DNA of 64,000 bases from Roseibacillus sp. Its GTDB lineage: Bacteria > Verrucomicrobiota > Verrucomicrobiia > Verrucomicrobiales > Akkermansiaceae. The notes beneath the pieces were generated by a model, which was given only the letters and a program-made list of their open reading frames with translations, was not told where the DNA came from and searched no databases. The stretch's first letter is position 1. Each line of letters begins with the position of its first letter. The DNA lies in NCBI GenBank assembly GCA_965242925.1, contig CBDEUM010000022.1:64001-128000 (forward strand), in the 5' to 3' direction. A program made the translations under genes and the position numbers. This document shows, piece by piece, positions 59,344 to 64,000 of this stretch.

Positions 59344-60002
59344 CCGAATCGAATACTGAGCAAATCCGGGTCTGGCTGGTTGAAGACAACGAGGTCTTCC
59401 GCCGCAATGTCCAGCGCGTCGTAAACGGTCTGGACGGAATGGTCTGCGATGGGAGTTTTGACTCCGCCGAGAGTGCTTTTGCTGCCCTCCATAGCAACCC
59501 TGCCCCTGATGTCATGCTGCTCGACGTGCAACTCCCTGGGATCGACGGCATCGTCGCCCTCGGCAAGTTCAAGGAGATTATCCCCGACACCCGGATCATC
59601 ATCCTTACCGTCTTTGATGATGCCTCCAAAATCTTCCGGGCGGTTTGCGCCGGTGCCTCGGGCTACGTTCTCAAGGCCTCCGGCACAGACAAGATTGGCG
59701 AGTCCATCCGCCAGGTCATGCGTGGCGGCGCACCCATGACTCCCGAGGTGGCTAAGAAAGTGCTGGATGCCTTCGCTCATTCGGATCTCATGCCCGGGAC
59801 GGAAGGCGATTATGGCCTGACTGCACGCGAACAGGAAATCCTGCGTCTTCTCGCCGAGGGACTGCTCAAGAAGGAAATTGCCGATGCGCTCAGCATCAGT
59901 GTGAACACCGTCTCCACCCACCTGCGACGCGTCTATGACAAACTCCACGTCAATACCAACACTGGTGCAGTGGCAAAGGCGCTCAGGGAGGGTATTATCT
60001 AG
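59340..60002 (+). CDS. NarL/FixJ family response regulator (REC + LuxR HTH)
   Basis: LVEDN, LLDVQLPGIDG, GASGYVLK and LTAREQEIL...VSTHLRRVYDKL; 4-bp overlap with the kinase. Confidence 0.95.
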   Translation: MTESNTEQIRVWLVEDNEVFRRNVQRVVNGLDGMVCDGSFDSAESAFAALHSNPAPDVMLLDVQLPGIDGIVALGKFKEIIPDTRIIILTVFDDASKIFRAVCAGASGYVLKASGTDKIGESIRQVMRGGAPMTPEVAKKVLDAFAHSDLMPGTEGDYGLTAREQEILRLLAEGLLKKEIADALSISVNTVSTHLRRVYDKLHVNTNTGAVAKALREGII

Positions 60003-60074
60003 GCCCACGTGTTCCGCCTGCGGAAAGCCGCAGGTTACAGAGGGCAATCTCCGCACAGCCGTCCCAGAGAGGAA

Positions 60075-60395
60075 TCAGGACTCCCCTTGCCCGGGGGAAG
60101 ATGCTCCCAACTCGCGCAGGAACGAGAAGGAATAGATCCCTGTCCCGTGTCCGTCCGCAAAGTGGATCTGCAGAGCGTATCCCCCGACAGGTTGGTAACT
60201 ACCCAGCAGGAAACTTCGCTCGCTGTAGTTCACCTGCGGCCTGACCACGCGACCGGTGGCATCGGGCTCGCCCTGACAGCTCGCACAGGGACAGGCCCGG
60301 CGCAGGGCCTCAAGCTCCAGGTAGCTCTCCTTGCCATCTGCCCATGCAATGGCCAGTTCATTCTCCATCACCACGATGTTTTCGATCGCCAGCAT
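60075..60395 (-). CDS. DUF971 / GBBH-like N-terminal domain protein
   Basis: LAIAWADG, LRRACPCASC, VGGYAL and DGHGTGIYSF motifs. Confidence 0.88.
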   Translation of the reverse strand: MLAIENIVVMENELAIAWADGKESYLELEALRRACPCASCQGEPDATGRVVRPQVNYSERSFLLGSYQPVGGYALQIHFADGHGTGIYSFSFLRELGASSPGQGES

Positions 60396-60404
60396 GATCA
60401 GCGT

Positions 60405-61109
60405 CTATGAATCAGTGGACCCCACCACCCCGCGGGGTCCGAAGATGGAGGACCCCACCCGCACTATGGTTGCTCCCTCCTCGATCGCAACCTCGAAGTC
60501 CTGGCTCATCCCCATGCTGAGGCCCGGCAAGGATACCTCGAATTCCTCCTCCAGATCATCCCGAAGCTCCCGTAACTTGCGGAAGGAAGACCTGCCAACC
60601 TCAGGATCTTCCCCTGCCGGAGGGATGCTCATCAAGCCTGCCAACTCGACCTTCTCCAGGGAGAGCAGCTCCGGCAACGCCTCCCGCAACTCCACAACAG
60701 CAAAACCACTCTTGCTCTCCTCCTCGGCAGCATTGACCTGGAGATAGATCCGTGGCCGCTTCCCCAGTTCCCCTGCAACACGATCGAGATGATGCGCCAG
60801 ACGCAGGGAATCAACACTGTGGATGGCCTCGAACAGGCCAAGGGCCTTGCGTGCCTTGTTTCGTTGGAGATGACCGATGAAGTGCCACCGGGCGGATGCA
60901 GGCAGCTCCGGGATCTTGCCCCATGCTTCCTGGAGTTTGTTCTCTCCAAGGAGTTCGTGACCGGCCTCCAGCACTTCTGCGATCACCTCAGGCGGCCAGG
61001 TCTTGGTCACCACCAGAAGCTCTACCGCCGAATGATCCCGGCCGGATCGTCCGGCAGCCCGGTCCACACGCTCCCGGACGGCACGCAGGTTGGCGGCGAT
61101 TTCCGCCAT
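60405..61109 (-). CDS. yggS: YggS/PLPBP pyridoxal phosphate homeostasis protein
   Basis: VTKT, GENKLQE, WHFIGHLQRNK, SKSGF, LSMGMSQDF and VRVGSSIFG motifs. Confidence 0.95.
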   Translation of the reverse strand: MAEIAANLRAVRERVDRAAGRSGRDHSAVELLVVTKTWPPEVIAEVLEAGHELLGENKLQEAWGKIPELPASARWHFIGHLQRNKARKALGLFEAIHSVDSLRLAHHLDRVAGELGKRPRIYLQVNAAEEESKSGFAVVELREALPELLSLEKVELAGLMSIPPAGEDPEVGRSSFRKLRELRDDLEEEFEVSLPGLSMGMSQDFEVAIEEGATIVRVGSSIFGPRGVVGSTDS

Positions 61110-61135
61110 ATCAAGGAAGTCCCACAGGTCCTACT

Positions 61136-63370
61136 CTACTCCTCTGCCGGTAGTATTCCAGCGGTGCGCGCCTTGTCCCGTTGATCCACCAGATCCCCAA
61201 TGATCTCAAGAGTCTCCCGCTTGACCGGATCTAGTCCACTAGGCCAGAGAGGAGTGTCGTCGAGCGCATCCTCCTTGTCCTTGGCGCGGCGCATAAAGGC
61301 CTCCGCATCCTTCTCGCGATCCACTTCCGGGAGTTTTTCCGCCTTCAAATCATCAAGAGTGAGGCGGAAGAACTTGAACTGTTTCTTGTCTCTGGTCTCC
61401 ATCTCCGCAAATCGCTTGCGGCGCTCCACGTTGCGCGTCTTTCGGCGCTTTTCAGATTCAGCCAACTTCGTCTCTCGTTTGCCACGATTGAGTGATACGG
61501 CATTTTGCTTGATCCGATTCTTGGTCCGGTCCACATCCTCGACAATGTACTGGAAGTCCTTTACCGCCTTCACTCGACCCTCGTTGCGCTCCCTGAGAAC
61601 GGGCAGAAAGAGCCCCTTCTGGTCAAGAGGACGCAAGTCGGGAGCCTTCCGGATCAGATCGTGATCAAGTGGGTGCTTGAGGTAGGCTTCGCCTATTTCC
61701 AGGGCATCGGTGAGGGATGGAAGCACGATATCGGGTTGGACTCCGAGCTTCTGGGTGGAACTACCCGAGACCCGGTAAAACTTCTGAATGGTGACTTTCA
61801 GGTATCCCGCGCGGCTATTGTCTTCAAAGAACCGGAAGTAACGCCCGATCTCCATGGGTTGTTGAACCGTGCCCTTTCCGAAGGTAGAGCTGTCGCCCAC
61901 GATGACGGCCCGATTATAGTCCTGCAGGGCACCTGCAAGAATCTCACTCGCCGAGGCACTGGATTTGTCGGTGACCACCACCAGCGGTCCATCGTAAAGC
62001 GGCCGGCGGAAGAGCGCCTCCTTCGACTCAATGCGCCCGATGGTATCCTTGATCTGCACGACTGGCCCACGTCCCACGAAAAATCCGGTGATCCGGCGCA
62101 CTTCCTCCAGGGACCCTCCTCCATTGCGCCGAAGATCGAGGACCACCCCGTCCACCTGAGCCTTGTTGAGTCTGGTCAAGAGCTTATGAACATCCGCGGA
62201 GACACTGGGATCGCCATCTTCAAAGTCCAAATAGAAGGACGGGAGCTGGAGCCAGCCGATCCGACGTCTGCCGGTTTCATGCATCATTTCGATGACTTCC
62301 GCGCTGGCCAACTCGTCCTTCAGTTCAACCCGTCCGCGTTTGATCGTGATGAACTTCACCTCCCCGGGAGCGCCGCCGGAGGGCTCCACCTTGAGGCGCA
62401 CTTCGGTGTCAACCTTTCCCCGGATCATTTCCACCACGTGATCGATTTTCATGTACATGATGTCGGTTACATCTCCCTTGTTGAGTGAATCAACTCCCAC
62501 AATGCGGTCATTGAGCTTGAGCTCGGCCTGCTTGTCGGCCGGTCCACTCACCACGATCCCCATGATCTTGGTGGCTCCATCGTCCTCGGCCTGTAGCAAT
62601 GCGCCGATGCCTACCAGCGAATTGGACATCCCCGAACGAAACCGCTCCATCTCGCGGGTGCTCATGTAGTCCGTGTGCGGATCGTGGGACGCCGCCACAG
62701 CGCTCAGGAAATAATTTGCGATATCTTCCTCATCCGCTTCTCCGATGCTGCGATGAAAGCGATCATAGCGTTGGATGATCTTCTCCTCCGGGCTCTTCTC
62801 GTTGGCAAGCGGGTCGTTCTTTCCCTGTTCCGCAGCGAGGCGTTTGACAGCGGTACGGCGGAGAATCTCAGAAAGCAGGGCTTCTTCGATCTGGCGATTC
62901 CAGATCTCCTCCGCAGCCTGCTGACTGGTCGGCCAGTCAGCATCCTTGCGGGTGCGCATCACGACCTGGTCGGATTCAAAACCGAATTTCTCAGTCTTCA
63001 GCAGCTTCTTGGCATAATCCACCCGCTCCTTCACGCGCTGAGAAAAAACCTTGTAGATCTCGTTGGCCGGTTCCATGCAGCGCCCCTTGATGAGTAGTTC
63101 ATGAAGGCGGCGCCCGTACTTCTTCTTGAAGGCATCGATATCCTGTTGTGTGAAGTAGAGTCGAGCCGGATCGAGATCGGTAAGGTAATCCGAGAGAATC
63201 TTGGCACTGAGGTCAGCATTGAACTGAATGCGGGCGTAGTGGCTGTTCTGCAACATCCCCGCCATTTCGCGCCCAACGACATTGAAGTCCGTCTTGGCAT
63301 GGAGAGGTAAGCAGGCACAGCCCATCACCACACCCAGAACAACCGCAAGTGGGGAAGAATTACGAACCAT
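61136..63370 (-). CDS. prc: Carboxy-terminal processing (tail-specific) protease, S41 family
   Basis: DPHTDY, GIGA, PDZ domain, DLRRNGGGSL, SASASEILAGALQDY, TFGKGTVQ and KFYRVSGSSTQ; signal peptide from ATG 63370. Confidence 0.92.
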   Translation of the reverse strand: MVRNSSPLAVVLGVVMGCACLPLHAKTDFNVVGREMAGMLQNSHYARIQFNADLSAKILSDYLTDLDPARLYFTQQDIDAFKKKYGRRLHELLIKGRCMEPANEIYKVFSQRVKERVDYAKKLLKTEKFGFESDQVVMRTRKDADWPTSQQAAEEIWNRQIEEALLSEILRRTAVKRLAAEQGKNDPLANEKSPEEKIIQRYDRFHRSIGEADEEDIANYFLSAVAASHDPHTDYMSTREMERFRSGMSNSLVGIGALLQAEDDGATKIMGIVVSGPADKQAELKLNDRIVGVDSLNKGDVTDIMYMKIDHVVEMIRGKVDTEVRLKVEPSGGAPGEVKFITIKRGRVELKDELASAEVIEMMHETGRRRIGWLQLPSFYLDFEDGDPSVSADVHKLLTRLNKAQVDGVVLDLRRNGGGSLEEVRRITGFFVGRGPVVQIKDTIGRIESKEALFRRPLYDGPLVVVTDKSSASASEILAGALQDYNRAVIVGDSSTFGKGTVQQPMEIGRYFRFFEDNSRAGYLKVTIQKFYRVSGSSTQKLGVQPDIVLPSLTDALEIGEAYLKHPLDHDLIRKAPDLRPLDQKGLFLPVLRERNEGRVKAVKDFQYIVEDVDRTKNRIKQNAVSLNRGKRETKLAESEKRRKTRNVERRKRFAEMETRDKKQFKFFRLTLDDLKAEKLPEVDREKDAEAFMRRAKDKEDALDDTPLWPSGLDPVKRETLEIIGDLVDQRDKARTAGILPAEE

Positions 63371-63485
63371 GATAAAGAATACCGTTATAAGGGAAGCGGG
63401 CGAGAAGATCTCCGTCAGCCTCGACGATTTGGGGAGATTTGTCGAATTCTTTCCCCAACCCCATGAAGCCTGAATCCCGTAACTA

Positions 63486-64000
63486 CTAACCCTTGTTGTT
63501 CTTTCTCTCCTTCGCTGTCCGTTCCCGGAGCCATTCCTGGAAATAGTCCTCATCCATCTTCGATTCCTGAGGAAGAACCGGAAAAAGTCCCCACTGATTG
63601 ATTTCGTCAAGAGCGGCCGGGCGCCGCCGGAGAGAAGCGGTCAACTCAAGTCGTTCCATTCCGCGGCGCACCTTGAGAGTGATCTCGTCTCCCGGTTTCT
63701 TCGATCTGATGTAGTCAGCAAACCTGCGGGTCGGGGCCAGATCATCGAAGACCACCTGATCCACTCCGATGATCAGATCATCCGCTTTCAACTTGGCCAC
63801 GGCGGCGGCCGTTCCCTCCCTGACATCCGTGATCAGGACAGCCGGCTGTATCACACCCTCACCGTTCTTCCATCGGGCGGTATCCATCTGGATACCGAGG
63901 TAGCCCTGCCCCGGCAGGGGCTGTTGGATGATGACAAGCGACTTCAGCACCTCCCGGCTGCGCAACCGTACCTCCGGATTTTCCGCTTTTCGATAAAGCC
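63486..64000 (-). CDS. PDZ domain-containing protein, probably 5'-truncated by the window edge
   Basis: GYLGIQM, VREGTAA..LKADDLIIGVD and KPGDEITLKVRR; the frame stays open to the window end. Confidence 0.75.
   Translation of the reverse strand, partial: LYRKAENPEVRLRSREVLKSLVIIQQPLPGQGYLGIQMDTARWKNGEGVIQPAVLITDVREGTAAAVAKLKADDLIIGVDQVVFDDLAPTRRFADYIRSKKPGDEITLKVRRGMERLELTASLRRRPAALDEINQWGLFPVLPQESKMDEDYFQEWLRERTAKERKNNKG

Noticed and set aside
1..64000. tRNA (including tRNA-Sec), rRNA, CRISPR arrays, transposases/integrases, sel genes
   Set aside because: None recognised by eye. Intergenic gaps are short and lack cloverleaf or repeat-spacer patterns. A covariance-model search would be needed to exclude small RNAs, and any Sec machinery would have to be encoded elsewhere in the genome.

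Overview
A GC-rich, densely coding bacterial window with about 40 genes. The gene repertoire points to a PVC-superphylum organism, most likely Verrucomicrobiota (inference): DUF1501/DUF1549-1553 and DUF1552/DUF1592 pairs, sulfatases, PQQ-like propellers, a giant CotH/lamin-tail protein, a DUF6288-like protein and a discoidin-domain sensor kinase. Housekeeping content includes the 3' end of a formate dehydrogenase alpha subunit, hflK-hflC, yggS, a tail-specific protease and an HDAC-family deacetylase. I saw no rRNA, tRNA, CRISPR array or mobile element. The standout signal is on the minus strand, where the FG-GAP/VCBS ORF (35697-37619) and the ASPIC/UnbV-redoxin-TPR ORF (34095-35675) are in the same frame. 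They are separated by one TGA (35697-35699, ...GREPDDL*SFFWRQVV...), which is followed immediately by a bacterial-SECIS-like hairpin (35664-35691). Together they look like one ~1174-aa lipoprotein with a recoded UGA, i.e. a candidate selenoprotein of a family I do not know as a selenoprotein. Other points: a DUF455 ferritin-like/ATP-grasp fusion, a CxxCH-bearing secreted terpene-cyclase-like protein, a transglutaminase-esterase fusion, recurrent leaderless-type promoters, a chimeric sulfatase relic and a DUF6288-like gene broken by four clustered +1 frameshifts. All family assignments come from motif recognition by eye, not database searches.
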